Positions 1 through 9,521 of a stretch of 58,101 nt of DNA are shown here, piece by piece (position 1 is the stretch's first letter; each line of letters begins with the position of its first letter). The stretch lies in NCBI GenBank assembly GCA_964246765.1, contig CAXTRW010000002.1, positions 1 through 58,101 of the forward strand. Direction: 5' to 3'. The DNA is from an uncultured Acidobacteriaceae bacterium (GTDB taxonomy: Bacteria; Acidobacteriota; Terriglobia; Terriglobales; Acidobacteriaceae). Made by a program: the position numbers and the translations under genes. A model generated the notes under the pieces. It was not told the DNA's origin. It searched no databases and saw nothing but the letters and a program-made list of their open reading frames with translations.

Positions 1-515
1 TTCGATTCGAAGCGCGACGCATACTGCCGTTCCCGCTCCTTGGCTGCGAGCTGCTGGGCCTGCTGCTCCTCGGGCGAGAGCTGGGGCTGTGCGCTGTTTT
101 GGGTGTTCGGGGGAACGCTGCCGCCCGCGTAAGCAGCCGGAGGCGCCTGGCCGTTCGCCCCGAGCCCTGCCGCTGCTGCCTGCTGCGCGGGCGTTCCGTA
201 ATTGGCTGCCGCCACCGCGAGTGTCGCTTCCTGCTGCTGTTGCTTCTCCTGTGCGAGCTGCGCCTGCAGGGCCGCTACGTTGTTTGCCGTATTGTCCTGG
301 ACCTGCGGAGTCGGGTTCGTGTCTTTTGTCGTGTCGGTCGCTCCCGGCTTTTTCCCCGCGCTGAAGAACATGGCGAGAACGAGAACAAGGACGGCCCCGA
401 AGTAAATGTATGACTTCAAGTGCTTCTGGAGCACTCCCCTGGGTATTCGGCTCCGGTTGATGAGCTTCGGCTCGGCGGGCGGCTCCGTCATGCCGTTCGG
501 TGTCGTCGGAATCAT
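1..515 (-). CDS. virB10: VirB10/TrbI-like type IV secretion protein, N-terminal part (runs off window start)
   Basis: Manual translation from ATG at 515: MIPTTPNGMTEPP...SYIYFGAVLVLVLAMFFS (TM helix), then a Q/A/P-rich linker, open to base 1; follows virB9. Not in the ORF track because it has no stop in the window. Confidence 0.75.
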   Translation of the reverse strand, partial: MIPTTPNGMTEPPAEPKLINRSRIPRGVLQKHLKSYIYFGAVLVLVLAMFFSAGKKPGATDTTKDTNPTPQVQDNTANNVAALQAQLAQEKQQQQEATLAVAAANYGTPAQQAAAAGLGANGQAPPAAYAGGSVPPNTQNSAQPQLSPEEQQAQQLAAKERERQYASRFES

Positions 516-521
516 GGCCGG

Positions 522-1316
522 TTACCCTTTCCTCGCGAATTCCATACGCTTCTTGCCCAGTTCGACGTAGCCGTTCTGGAGCACCTGGGGGATGATGTAG
601 GTCCCCTCGCGCAACTCGTAGTTGATGAGGTTGGGTTTGCCGTCCTTCATGTCATACACGCTGAACTTCTCAGGGGCGTTCGTCTTGATATAGGTGAACT
701 TGTCGTCGTGGTAAATCGATTGAATGTCGAAGGGAGCCTCGTTCGCCCGGTAGGTGTAGTCGAACTTGAGCGAGAGCGGATACGCTGCTTTGTACTCGTC
801 CACGGCCTGCCCAACATGGCTCTGGACGGCGGCGAGTTGCTGCTCAATATCCTGCACCTGGGCGGCGGGAACGTACTTGGAAGGTCCGTTCGACTGGACG
901 ATGGAGCTGCGGTCGGCGGGCTCGATCATCACCTTCAGGTCGGGCGCGGTAGGGGTACCGGACACGTCCTGCAAAGTGAAGCTGTAGATGTTGCCCTTGT
1001 CGGTGATGAGGTTGAGATTGGAACTGATTCCCTGCTTGGCCGGATGGACAAAGCAGAAGTTGCCGACCACGTCCACAATCCAGAAATCCTTGTCGCCGGT
1101 CGCGGCTTCCATGATCTTCTCGGTCGGCGGCACCACGATAAGGGTCGTGTACTTGAGCTTCGCGTGAATCGGCACAATGTCCTGAGAGTGGTACTGGACG
1201 GTGCGGGCCGATTCGCCAGCGGCTGGCTGCGGAGCTGCTGACTCCGAAGCCCTCGGGGTAGCGGCTGAGGCCGATGCAGAGAGGGCGAGAAAAACAACTG
1301 CGGCACGGAAGTACAT
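522..1316 (-). CDS. virB9: TrbG/VirB9 family conjugative transfer protein
   Basis: Signal peptide, SNLNLITDKGNIYSFTL and IYHDDKFTYI motifs, C-terminal LINYELREGTYIIPQV; downstream of virB4. Confidence 0.85.
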   Translation of the reverse strand: MYFRAAVVFLALSASASAATPRASESAAPQPAAGESARTVQYHSQDIVPIHAKLKYTTLIVVPPTEKIMEAATGDKDFWIVDVVGNFCFVHPAKQGISSNLNLITDKGNIYSFTLQDVSGTPTAPDLKVMIEPADRSSIVQSNGPSKYVPAAQVQDIEQQLAAVQSHVGQAVDEYKAAYPLSLKFDYTYRANEAPFDIQSIYHDDKFTYIKTNAPEKFSVYDMKDGKPNLINYELREGTYIIPQVLQNGYVELGKKRMEFARKG

Positions 1317-1325
1317 GCGAAGCTC

Positions 1326-3860
1326 CTAGCGGGCAACAAGGGTTAGGGTTTTCGGCTCGATGCGGACGGAGGCGACAGACTTTGCGGAAGCGAGCGCCCT
1401 GGCCGCGCTGCGTGGCTGAAACGGGTGGTTCTCGGCAAGGCGGCGGATGCCTTCGGCGATGCCGTAACGGGCGAAGGAGTCGCGCTTCTTGAGGTTGTCG
1501 CGGGCGTTGTTGGTCGCAATCCAGTACGAAACGGAATCGACGTTGAGGCGGACTTTTTTGCTGGTCTGCGCCTTACGAATCAGCATCTCGCCGGGCGGTA
1601 CGAGGTCCGCGATGATGTTCAGCTCCGTATCGTTCAGGTGGAAAGCCTCGGCGTAAACCTCGCGATTCATCTCCGGGTTGGCAAGGAAAATCTTGGTCGG
1701 GCAGCTCTCGGCCACGATCGCCAGCATTCCCGAGTCTTCCAGCTCCTTGATGGACTGCGTGGCGAGAATCATGGCCGCATTGTGCTTGCGCCACGTCTTC
1801 TGCGCGGAGATGACGTAATCGCGTATGACCTCGTTCCGAATAAACAGCCAAGCCTCATCGAGCAGGAAAGTCTTGAACGTCGCCAACTTCGCCGGGTTCG
1901 CAATCTCGTTTGCTGCCCGGTGGAGGACGTAGAACAGCAGTGGCTCCAGAACGCCCGGCGCGTCGCCCCAGCCCGCGAAGTTGAAGGTTTGGAACCGGGA
2001 GAACGTAAGCGTGTCTTCGCGATTATCGAAAAGAAAACCGTACTGCCCTGCGCGGGTCCATTTGTGCAGCCGCTCGGAGAGCTCGCCGATGATGTCGGCC
2101 AGCGTGGAAACGGTGCGCTGTTCCACCGGCACGGTGTACATGCGCTCGATGGCATCCCAGAGCTTCCGTTCTTCCTTGAAATCGAGCTTGAATCGCCGGT
2201 CGCTACCCTCGATCAATACGCGGAAGAATGAGGCGAGAAATTGCAGGTTTTCTCTGGTCGGTTCGATCGAGAACGGGTTGATGGTGAAGTCCCGCGACTC
2301 CTGACCGGCGTTCAGGTACGTGCCGCCGAAGATCTCCGTGAGCGACTGGAAGCTGCCTCCAATGTCGAAGATGAAGGTGAGCGGCTGGTACTTCTGGGCG
2401 TTCATCTCCAGAAAGTTGAGAAAAAAGCTCTTGCCGCTGCCGGTCATGCCCAGAATCAAGGTGTGGGCCACTTCCCCGTTATGGAGGTTCAGGTAGTAGG
2501 GCGTGGCGTTATCGGTCTCCAGAACCGCAAGGTATTCGCTCCCAAGATGCGAGTTCACGGGCTCGCCGGTGAGGATCGTAAAGAGAAACGAAAGGTCCGC
2601 GTAGTTGGAATTGAGCAAGTAGAGGCGACGCAGATTGTGGGAATAGTTGCCGGGAACGGTGGCAAACAAGGCGTTGAGCTGGTTGTAGGTCTCGATGAAA
2701 AGAGCCCCGTCCGCATTGGTAAATATGCTGGCGAACTCGCCTGTTTCGCGGGTCACGGTCTCCAGTTCCCTGCCGTAAAGCACCACGGTGAGCGAAAACT
2801 GGCCCATTGTCTGCCCGTCGCCCAGCGCCCGCAGGCAGTCCCCAAGGCTCTCGATGTCGGCCTGCTTCGATTCGTCGACCAGCCGGTCGCGCTCGGGTGA
2901 CTTCTCGGCGCTGGCGGATTGAATGAGTCCCGTCTTCGACATATTGAAGTGGCGGCGCTTCGTGTTGACTTCCTTGCGGGCCCTGGCCGTCGAAAGCGGG
3001 GTCCACTCCGTCACGATATGAAAGTTCGCTTGCGCTTTAAGAAGCTGGTTGAGTACGAGGGGCCGCGTTTCGGCAATAGCCTCCTTCATCGTGAGCAGCC
3101 GCACATAGTGTTCGCCCACGCGGAGATGGTCGCGCTCGGCCTCGACGTTGCTGTTTACGACCTGGAAGTCAAGAAACTGCGTCGCGTGGGGCTTTCCGGC
3201 AATGCGCCAGTCGTCGAAATTGAGCAGGCGGCGAAAGAATGTAAACTGGCCCTGGTTGTTCTCGACCTCGATCTGCATAAAGTCCGCCAGGTGGCGGATG
3301 AAGTTGCCTACGCGCTGCCGCAGGGATGCGAGGTCAGCGTCGATCTGCTTACGGAGCAGAACCTTGGTTTTGCTGCTCGAAAATTGCGCTTTCAGTTCGC
3401 GTATCGCGCCCTCCGGGTCTCGCGGGAAGCGTTTCAGCGCCGCCATGACGCCGGTCTTCGACCTGGAACCTTCCAGAACAACGACATAGAAAATTTCTAC
3501 CCGGTAAAGCCGGTCGCGTTTGCCCTCGAAGTAGGCGCGGCGCTGCTCGATGGCGGCATCGATCACCGCGTCGCCGTAGCTCGCAAACGGGATTTCCGGC
3601 CGGTTCGTTTTCAGCAGGTATTGGTAGACGTGAAAGCCTTCACCGAACGCTTTGAAAGCCGCTTCCAGCCGTCGAACTGCGTGTTGCTGCTCGTCCGTAT
3701 CGAGGCTTTCGTAATCGACACCTGGAACGCTGAGCACCACTCCAAGATCGCCGGTCTTGGTGAGGAACACGTCCTCGTCAAGGAAGCCGTAGAGGTTCAC
3801 GTTGGCACTCAACGCGCCCGATTCCTGCCACGGCTTAATGAGCTTCTGAAGGTTGAGCAT
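1326..3860 (-). CDS. virB4: VirB4/TrbE family T4SS ATPase
   Basis: 844 aa; Walker A GMTGSGKS, Walker B LLDEAW, RKHNAAMILATQS motif. Confidence 0.93.
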   Translation of the reverse strand: MLNLQKLIKPWQESGALSANVNLYGFLDEDVFLTKTGDLGVVLSVPGVDYESLDTDEQQHAVRRLEAAFKAFGEGFHVYQYLLKTNRPEIPFASYGDAVIDAAIEQRRAYFEGKRDRLYRVEIFYVVVLEGSRSKTGVMAALKRFPRDPEGAIRELKAQFSSSKTKVLLRKQIDADLASLRQRVGNFIRHLADFMQIEVENNQGQFTFFRRLLNFDDWRIAGKPHATQFLDFQVVNSNVEAERDHLRVGEHYVRLLTMKEAIAETRPLVLNQLLKAQANFHIVTEWTPLSTARARKEVNTKRRHFNMSKTGLIQSASAEKSPERDRLVDESKQADIESLGDCLRALGDGQTMGQFSLTVVLYGRELETVTRETGEFASIFTNADGALFIETYNQLNALFATVPGNYSHNLRRLYLLNSNYADLSFLFTILTGEPVNSHLGSEYLAVLETDNATPYYLNLHNGEVAHTLILGMTGSGKSFFLNFLEMNAQKYQPLTFIFDIGGSFQSLTEIFGGTYLNAGQESRDFTINPFSIEPTRENLQFLASFFRVLIEGSDRRFKLDFKEERKLWDAIERMYTVPVEQRTVSTLADIIGELSERLHKWTRAGQYGFLFDNREDTLTFSRFQTFNFAGWGDAPGVLEPLLFYVLHRAANEIANPAKLATFKTFLLDEAWLFIRNEVIRDYVISAQKTWRKHNAAMILATQSIKELEDSGMLAIVAESCPTKIFLANPEMNREVYAEAFHLNDTELNIIADLVPPGEMLIRKAQTSKKVRLNVDSVSYWIATNNARDNLKKRDSFARYGIAEGIRRLAENHPFQPRSAARALASAKSVASVRIEPKTLTLVAR

Positions 3861-4156
3861 CAGCGAATCTCCACGTTGGGCAGTTCTTGCTTGCTCGCGT
3901 CGTAGCGAGCTTTGAATTTCTCGCTCCTGCCCAGAATGGCGAGAAACGCGGGGTCAGTATTGGTCACCCAATAGCCGAAAAGCGCGCCGCCGATAAAGAC
4001 TACAATGCCGGCGAGCAGCGAGTTGAAAAGGTTGAAGGTGCCTATTCCGGCCACCGCCACGAAAAAGAAGATCGTGCGCTCGATGCCCATGTACGTGAGA
4101 GGCTTATGCAAACTCTTGAACACTCGATTGCGCCGAACTGGAAGCGTGTTTGCCAT
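3860..4156 (-). CDS. virB3: VirB3/TrbD family T4SS membrane protein
   Basis: 98 aa, VFKSLHKPLTYMGIER, two TM segments; stop overlaps the virB4 start. Confidence 0.85.
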   Translation of the reverse strand: MANTLPVRRNRVFKSLHKPLTYMGIERTIFFFVAVAGIGTFNLFNSLLAGIVVFIGGALFGYWVTNTDPAFLAILGRSEKFKARYDASKQELPNVEIR

Positions 4157-4207
4157 AAGCCCCTGTGTTTGCCTCTGGTTATTGTCTGAATGCTTGAGCT
4201 CGACTGG

Positions 4208-4537
4208 TTACGCACCCCAGAGCCAGCTAAGGACATTGCCCGCCAGCACCGCGATTCCGGTTCCAGCTGCTACCCCGGCAAGGCCCTTTTTCGCTCCCGG
4301 TTCACCGTGCGCGTAAGCGTAGCCGCCAATCACAATGGCAATCAGCGATGCTGCCTTTGCAATGGTGCCGGTGAAGAGCGTTTGCATCTGCGAAATGCCG
4401 CTGTCGAACGGCGATGCGTGTGCCGATAAAGGAAAGAGGCAAACACACAGGAGTAAAGCTCCCGCGCGCGATAGAAGCAGTCTTACGCGCTCAGATTGCT
4501 TACCAGTGAGGGTGATTCGACTGCAAAACATTAGCAC
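4208..4537 (-). CDS. virB2: TrbC/VirB2 family conjugative pilin
   Basis: Long signal ending AHA-SPF, two hydrophobic helices; first gene of the virB2-3-4 block. Confidence 0.85.
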   Translation of the reverse strand: MLMFCSRITLTGKQSERVRLLLSRAGALLLCVCLFPLSAHASPFDSGISQMQTLFTGTIAKAASLIAIVIGGYAYAHGEPGAKKGLAGVAAGTGIAVLAGNVLSWLWGA

Positions 4538-4658
4538 CTCCAGCGACCGTCTTCAGTCGCGATGTGCTTGAGACTAGGATCGCGTTTCGTTGAAGTCCAA
4601 TACTTCTTGGCTATGCACGCATAGCTCTCGCCTATGCACCCCCTTACAAGCTCAGTTC

Positions 4659-5644
4659 TCAGCCGAAAATGGGAAGTTGGTTTGGCAGATCCACATTGAC
4701 GACTCCGTTCGGCTTCTTTCTGTTCTTCATTTCAGCTTCGTCCGCGCACAGCTTCGCCAAACGATAGGTAAGTAGCGGCAGCACAGGTCGTTGTTGTGCG
4801 GGATGACAGATTAGAGCCGTTTTCACCTGGAGTGAAACACCTGCGATACTGCGTCGCGTAAGATCTGGATCGAGCGGGGCACTCTCTCGAACCAGACCTA
4901 GCCCAGCGCCGATTTTCACCAAAAACTGCGTGTCGGCGGGAGCCGAAACAAATTCTGTGGGAGAAAGGCGAATCTTTGCCTTGGCAAACTTCCGAATCAA
5001 TTCGTCATAAAACAACGGGTGATAGCTCCGGGCGAACAGCACACGGAGCCGGTCTCCGACGAGATTTTTAGGGATGGCTTGTTCGCGAGCAAGCGGGTCG
5101 TCCCGACGCAGACAAACCAAAAGGCGCTCGACACACACGCGATGCACGAAGAGGTTCGACTCGCCGACCGGCATGCTCACGAGGGCAGCATCCAGATGAC
5201 CTTCCGCAATCATTTTCACAAGAGGTGCGGAACACTCGCTGGACGGATTAATGCGACCGTTTGACACGAGTTCTCGATAGCCAATCAGGGCTTCTTGCAC
5301 CAGGTGATGATCAACGAATGGCGAATAGCCAAAGCGAAGAGGAAGGTCTACCCCTGCGTGTAATGAGGATGTGGCCTGAACGGCGCGTTCTCTCATCTGG
5401 AGCAGCCGCTTTGCCTCCTCCAAGAAGGCACGACCGGCGAAGGCACGACCGGCAGGCGTGAGCTCTGCCCCAGCTCTCCCTCTCAGGAACAGCGTCGCGC
5501 GTATGCGCCCTCTTCAAGTTTTTTGATTTGAGCGCTCAACGATGGCTGCGCGACATGAAGCCGTTGCGCGGCTCGACCGAAATTGCACTCTTCGGCGACT
5601 GCAACGAAATAACGGAGATGGCGAAACTCTGGCCCGTCATACAT
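4659..5644 (-). pseudogene. LysR family regulator, frameshifted
   Basis: ATG 5644 gives a LysR HTH ([40 protein letters not shown]), then TGA at 5485-5483. The continuation ([22 protein letters not shown]...) and the substrate-binding domain are in another frame; the span is 3n+2. There is also a 15-bp tandem duplication at 5424-5453. Confidence 0.85.
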
Positions 5645-5790
5645 ATAGCACCTACTCTTGTTGCATTTCAGCCGTAATCTTCGGCGAGCCGTAGGCGACG
5701 GACTTCAATGGGAGGTTTGCCATTGGTGGTTACCCATCCCGTTTTAGGTTCGACGAATTATGAACTGCAGGACTGGCAGTTTCGGAGGGT

Positions 5791-6021
5791 GTGGAAGTGA
5801 ATAAAAAACCAGTTCAGTCGGTGCAAGCAGTGCAGAGCAGGTTCGTAGATATTGAACCGCTCTATGACACCCGTGAAGTGGCGTTACAGTGCAAAGTGTC
5901 TGAGAAGAGTCTTCACCGCTGGGCTCGATCCGGGAAGATTCCAGCCGTGAAGTTCGGAAAGCTCTGGAGATTTCGCAAATCTGCAATCGATGCCTGGCTC
6001 GATTCCAAACTGGCGAGCTAG
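5791..6021 (+). CDS. Excisionase-like helix-turn-helix protein (HTH_17)
   Basis: LYDTREVA...LHRWARSGKIPAVKFGKLWRFRKSAIDAWL; GGAGG upstream; directly before the integrase. Confidence 0.88.
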   Translation: MEVNKKPVQSVQAVQSRFVDIEPLYDTREVALQCKVSEKSLHRWARSGKIPAVKFGKLWRFRKSAIDAWLDSKLAS

Positions 6022-6086
6022 AGATTTCAACTGGCGGCCAAAGGCCCCGATGCCTTATTCTTAGGTCGGGTCACCCGTTCCGCCGA

Positions 6087-7259
6087 ATGGAGAAGTCTAT
6101 GAAGCGGATGCGGTATCAGCAAGGCACACTCAGGTTGGAAGAACGTGCGAATGGCAATCGCGTGTGGGAGTACCGCTGGTACGAAACACAGATCGACGGT
6201 ACTCGCCGTCGGCGCAGCGCTATGGTGGGAACGATCCAGGAGTTTCCATCCGAGTCAGCTGCACAAAGAGCCGTTGCCGCGCTTCGAGCAAACGTCAACG
6301 CCGAGAGTCCTCGTACACAGATCGACGCGATTAGCTTCAGCACGCTTGCAAGCCACTATCGCGAAAAAGAACTGTGCGAGGGAGCAGGCAAAACCGTCGC
6401 CACCATCAAAACGAATGAAGGCTATCTGGAGCGGTGGATTCTGCCGCGCTGGTCTTCGTATCGCTTGAAGGACGTCAAGGCTGTGATTGTGGAGGAATGG
6501 CTCCGGTCATTGCCCTTGGCGAATGGCAGCAGGGCAAAGATACGCAACCTCATGCATTCGATTTTCAATCACGGGCTACGCTGGGAATGGCACGACAAGA
6601 ACCCGATTACGCAGGTGCGTCAAAGCGCCAAGCGGCAAAGAGTTCCGGTCGTGCTGAACATCGAGCAGATCAAATCAATGCTCGAACATCTCAAGGAGCC
6701 TGCAAAAACCGCGGTGCTCGTTGACATTCTCACAGGGCTTCGCGTGAGCGAACTGCCGGCGCTGAAATGGTCGGACGTGGACTTTGAGAATCTCTCTCTT
6801 CACGTCACCCGTTCCATCTCCCTACAGCATGTCGGCCCGTGTAAAACGGAGGCATCACAGAAGCCGGTTCCGCTCGATCCAGAACTGGCTGAAGTGTTGC
6901 TGATGTGGCGCAGGCACTCGGCATACCCGATGGATGATGATTGGCTATTCGCCAGCCCTGCGAGCCAAGGCAAGCGTCCCTATTGGTCCTCCTCGCTTTT
7001 TCGCGTGTATCTCCGGCCCGCTCTCAAAGCCGCGAAGGTGACAGGCAAAGTAGGATGGCACACGTTCCGCCATTCCTACGCGACCATCCTGAAGTCGCAC
7101 GGGGAGGACGTGAAGACAGTACAGGAGTTGCTGCGGCATGCCAACAGCAGCGTCACACTCAACCTCTACGCGCAGGCGGTTACCGAAACAAAACGCAGCG
7201 CGCAGAGCAAGATTGCGAGGCTCGTATTTTCCTCGGGGAAAGTGCCGCTCTCGGAATGA
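6087..7259 (+). CDS. Tyrosine recombinase/site-specific integrase
   Basis: GLRVSE, HTFRHS, LLRHAN, LNLYAQ catalytic motifs; ends 67 bp from the tRNA 3' end. Confidence 0.95.
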   Translation: MEKSMKRMRYQQGTLRLEERANGNRVWEYRWYETQIDGTRRRRSAMVGTIQEFPSESAAQRAVAALRANVNAESPRTQIDAISFSTLASHYREKELCEGAGKTVATIKTNEGYLERWILPRWSSYRLKDVKAVIVEEWLRSLPLANGSRAKIRNLMHSIFNHGLRWEWHDKNPITQVRQSAKRQRVPVVLNIEQIKSMLEHLKEPAKTAVLVDILTGLRVSELPALKWSDVDFENLSLHVTRSISLQHVGPCKTEASQKPVPLDPELAEVLLMWRRHSAYPMDDDWLFASPASQGKRPYWSSSLFRVYLRPALKAAKVTGKVGWHTFRHSYATILKSHGEDVKTVQELLRHANSSVTLNLYAQAVTETKRSAQSKIARLVFSSGKVPLSE

Positions 7260-7326
7260 AACTGCTTATCGGACCTTTTTGGACCGCCGGCAATTTCAGA
7301 GAATCGCGCTAAGTCTTTTATTTTGT

Positions 7327-7402
7327 TGGCGTCCCCGACGGGATTCGAACCCGTGTTACCGCCGTGAAAGGGCGGTGTCCTAGGCCACTGGACGACGGGG
7401 AC
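7327..7402 (-). tRNA. tRNA-Glu (TTC)
   Basis: GTCCCCGTCGTCCAGTGGCCTAGGACACCGCCC-TTTCAC-GGCGGTAACACGGGTTCGAATCCCGTCGGGGACGCCA; 76 nt cloverleaf with encoded CCA. Confidence 0.98.
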
Positions 7403-7443
7403 ACGCACACGCGAAACGCGCCCTGGCAGGCGCGATACTCCTT

Positions 7444-7472
7444 ACACTAGCAAGCCGAAACACGCGTGTCAA
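7444..7472 (-). promoter_or_regulatory. sigma70 promoter of tRNA-Glu
   Basis: TTGACA-17 nt-TAGTGT on the minus strand about 40 nt upstream of the tRNA. Confidence 0.7.
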
Positions 7473-7636
7473 AGCGGCCCACTTCACTCCATGGAACGCG
7501 GCGCGGTGCACGCCGGAGGGCGACGCGCAGGCAGGCGGTCCGCATCCTAGTTACTAGTGGAGCAACACCCGAGCTATTCCAGCCGGTTGCAGCGCGTCCA
7601 CCGGGAATCAGTAACTACGTCGAGGAGATTCGTCCC

Positions 7637-7882
7637 ATGATCGACCACTGCGCCAACCCTCAGTGCAACGAGCCACTCCACTACCTGCGCGACGGGCGCA
7701 TCTTCGTTTTCGAGGTGCCGGGCTCGCGTCCCGGCGCGGACGGCAAGCGCGTCCGGCGCACCGAGCACTACTGGCTGTGCGAGCGGTGCGCTTCCACCAT
7801 GGTTCTGGAGCACAACCCGGACCGAGGGGTTTCCCTGCGGATGCTTGCCGGGTCTGCTCCGCCAAGCGCGTTGGCGTCCTGA
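7637..7882 (+). CDS. Small putative zinc-binding protein (81 aa)
   Basis: GAGGAG RBS then ATG 7637; CANPQC...HYWLCERC motif. Confidence 0.8.
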   Translation: MIDHCANPQCNEPLHYLRDGRIFVFEVPGSRPGADGKRVRRTEHYWLCERCASTMVLEHNPDRGVSLRMLAGSAPPSALAS

Positions 7883-8003
7883 ACACGTTGACAGCCGCGG
7901 ATAAGCAAAGTTGCATGAGGAGTAACCTTCGCCACCGATCGCCCGTCGCGCGCATCTATGCTGCAGAGCGCGGCGACCTGGTCGTCGCGGAGGGCAGGGA
8001 CTA

Positions 8004-8324
8004 ATGCCGATCGCGAGTGCAACCATTACCAAAGCCGACCTCGTCGAGGAGGTCCTTTCGCTCGGCGACCTGACCCGCAGAGACTGCGAGATTTTGGTCG
8101 ATACGGTTTTCGACGCCGTCATTGGCGCTATTAAAAAGGGCGAGAAAATCGAAGTCCGGGGCTTCGGATCGTTTCGCATCCGCGAGCGCAAACCGCGAGT
8201 CGGACGCAATCCTAAAACCGGGGCTAAAGTCGATATCCCCGCGAAGCGCATCCCTTACTTCAAGCCGAGCAAAGAACTGCGCGACCGGCTCAATCCCACC
8301 GCATCCGACCGAACCGCGGCTTAG
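8004..8324 (+). CDS. HU/IHF family DNA-binding protein (IHF beta-like)
   Basis: TKADLVEEV, IEVRGFGSF, GRNPKTG, FKPSKELRDR. Confidence 0.95.
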   Translation: MPIASATITKADLVEEVLSLGDLTRRDCEILVDTVFDAVIGAIKKGEKIEVRGFGSFRIRERKPRVGRNPKTGAKVDIPAKRIPYFKPSKELRDRLNPTASDRTAA

Positions 8325-9340
8325 GAAGTACCGATCACAGCGAGCATGCGCCCGGTGAAACCGCCCTCGGCGCGGTGGGAGAAGAACAGGTCGGCTCGGC
8401 AGCTTGTACACTTGCCCGATACTACGATCGCCTCGGCCCGCAGGCCGGATGCAAGCAGTTGCCGTCGATTCGCTTCCGCAAGATCCAGGTGTAGGCTCGG
8501 GCCCAGATCGCTGTGGCCGGGTGCGCGCCGGGTCATGAACAGCATCGGATACTTCTTCCGCACCGGGTCGGAGTCGTACACCTCGGAAAACAGCTCGTCG
8601 GCATAGTGGAACTGCGAGCGGAACTCGTGCTCGACCTCCTCGCCCACCCCGTAGCAGCACGCGCCGATCGCAGGCCCAATCGCCGCCGAGAGGTCCTCCG
8701 GTAGAGAGCCAAATTCCAGGCGCATGCGCCCGATTCCGTGTTCCACGATGCGCCGCAGAGTCCCGCGCCAGCCCGCGTGGAACGCAGCCACAGCGCCCCG
8801 CTTGGGATCGGCCACCAGGACCGGCACGCAATCTGCGGTCTGGATACCGAGCGCCAGGCCAGGCTCGTCGGTCATCATTCCATCGCCGGTGAGCGCTGCT
8901 TCTTCCCCGGATTGCGTGCGCCCTACCCGATGCACCAGCGAGGAGTGAACTTGGCGCAGAGTGACCAGCGGGCGCGTCTCGCCGAAAACGCTCCGCAGCA
9001 GACGGGCGCGGTTTTGGAGCACGTTTTCCCGCGTATCCGACGCTGCGAAACCCAGGTTCAACTCGCCCGGCCCGTACGCCGTGCTGACCCCGCCGGTGCG
9101 CCCTGCGAACCCGTGCGACAGGCCGGCAAGCCCCGGCGATCGCCACAGGAAAAGGGCTCCCGCATCCCGAGGCTCGCGGCTCTGCGGCGGCCGCATCTCC
9201 TGCCTCGGATGCCGCGCCTGGGGCACATAGCCGGCACCTAGGAGCTGCCGCCGACCATGCGCCATCCCTGCCGAGGCCAGAAGCTCATCCAGGGCTTCCA
9301 TGGCCCCATCGGTGTTGATCGGAAGAGTCACTTCCACCAT
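8321..9340 (-). CDS. pgeF: PgeF/YfiH family protein (laccase-like domain)
   Basis: QVHS, TADCVP, HAGWRG, AIGPAIGACCY, FFSHR motifs; start uncertain (ATG 9340 chosen). Confidence 0.9.
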   Translation of the reverse strand: MVEVTLPINTDGAMEALDELLASAGMAHGRRQLLGAGYVPQARHPRQEMRPPQSREPRDAGALFLWRSPGLAGLSHGFAGRTGGVSTAYGPGELNLGFAASDTRENVLQNRARLLRSVFGETRPLVTLRQVHSSLVHRVGRTQSGEEAALTGDGMMTDEPGLALGIQTADCVPVLVADPKRGAVAAFHAGWRGTLRRIVEHGIGRMRLEFGSLPEDLSAAIGPAIGACCYGVGEEVEHEFRSQFHYADELFSEVYDSDPVRKKYPMLFMTRRAPGHSDLGPSLHLDLAEANRRQLLASGLRAEAIVVSGKCTSCRADLFFSHRAEGGFTGRMLAVIGTS

Positions 9341-9521
9341 TGTAGACAGCGCCGACCCGATAGTATGCGGCGGGATGCGTTGACACGGGACGGATTGGAT
9401 ACTAACGTACCTCCAACAGACGGCTCGCCCGCAGAGCCGCCCCGGCCTGGTGCTTTTTCGCACAAGGGATGCTTCTTTTTCCCGACTTTTTTGTCGGCGC
9501 GTCCCCACTTCTGGAGGCTCT

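Larger units (their letters stand above)
1..7326. mobile_element. End of an integrative conjugative element inserted at tRNA-Glu
   Basis: T4SS cluster, xis and int abutting the tRNA 3' end; the other boundary is outside the window. Confidence 0.85.

Noticed and set aside
1-515. Suspected frameshifts in virB10 at G/C runs
   Set aside because: Base-by-base translation at the suspect runs shows one continuous frame.
5791-7259. Prophage
   Set aside because: No phage structural or replication genes; the adjacent T4SS indicates an ICE.
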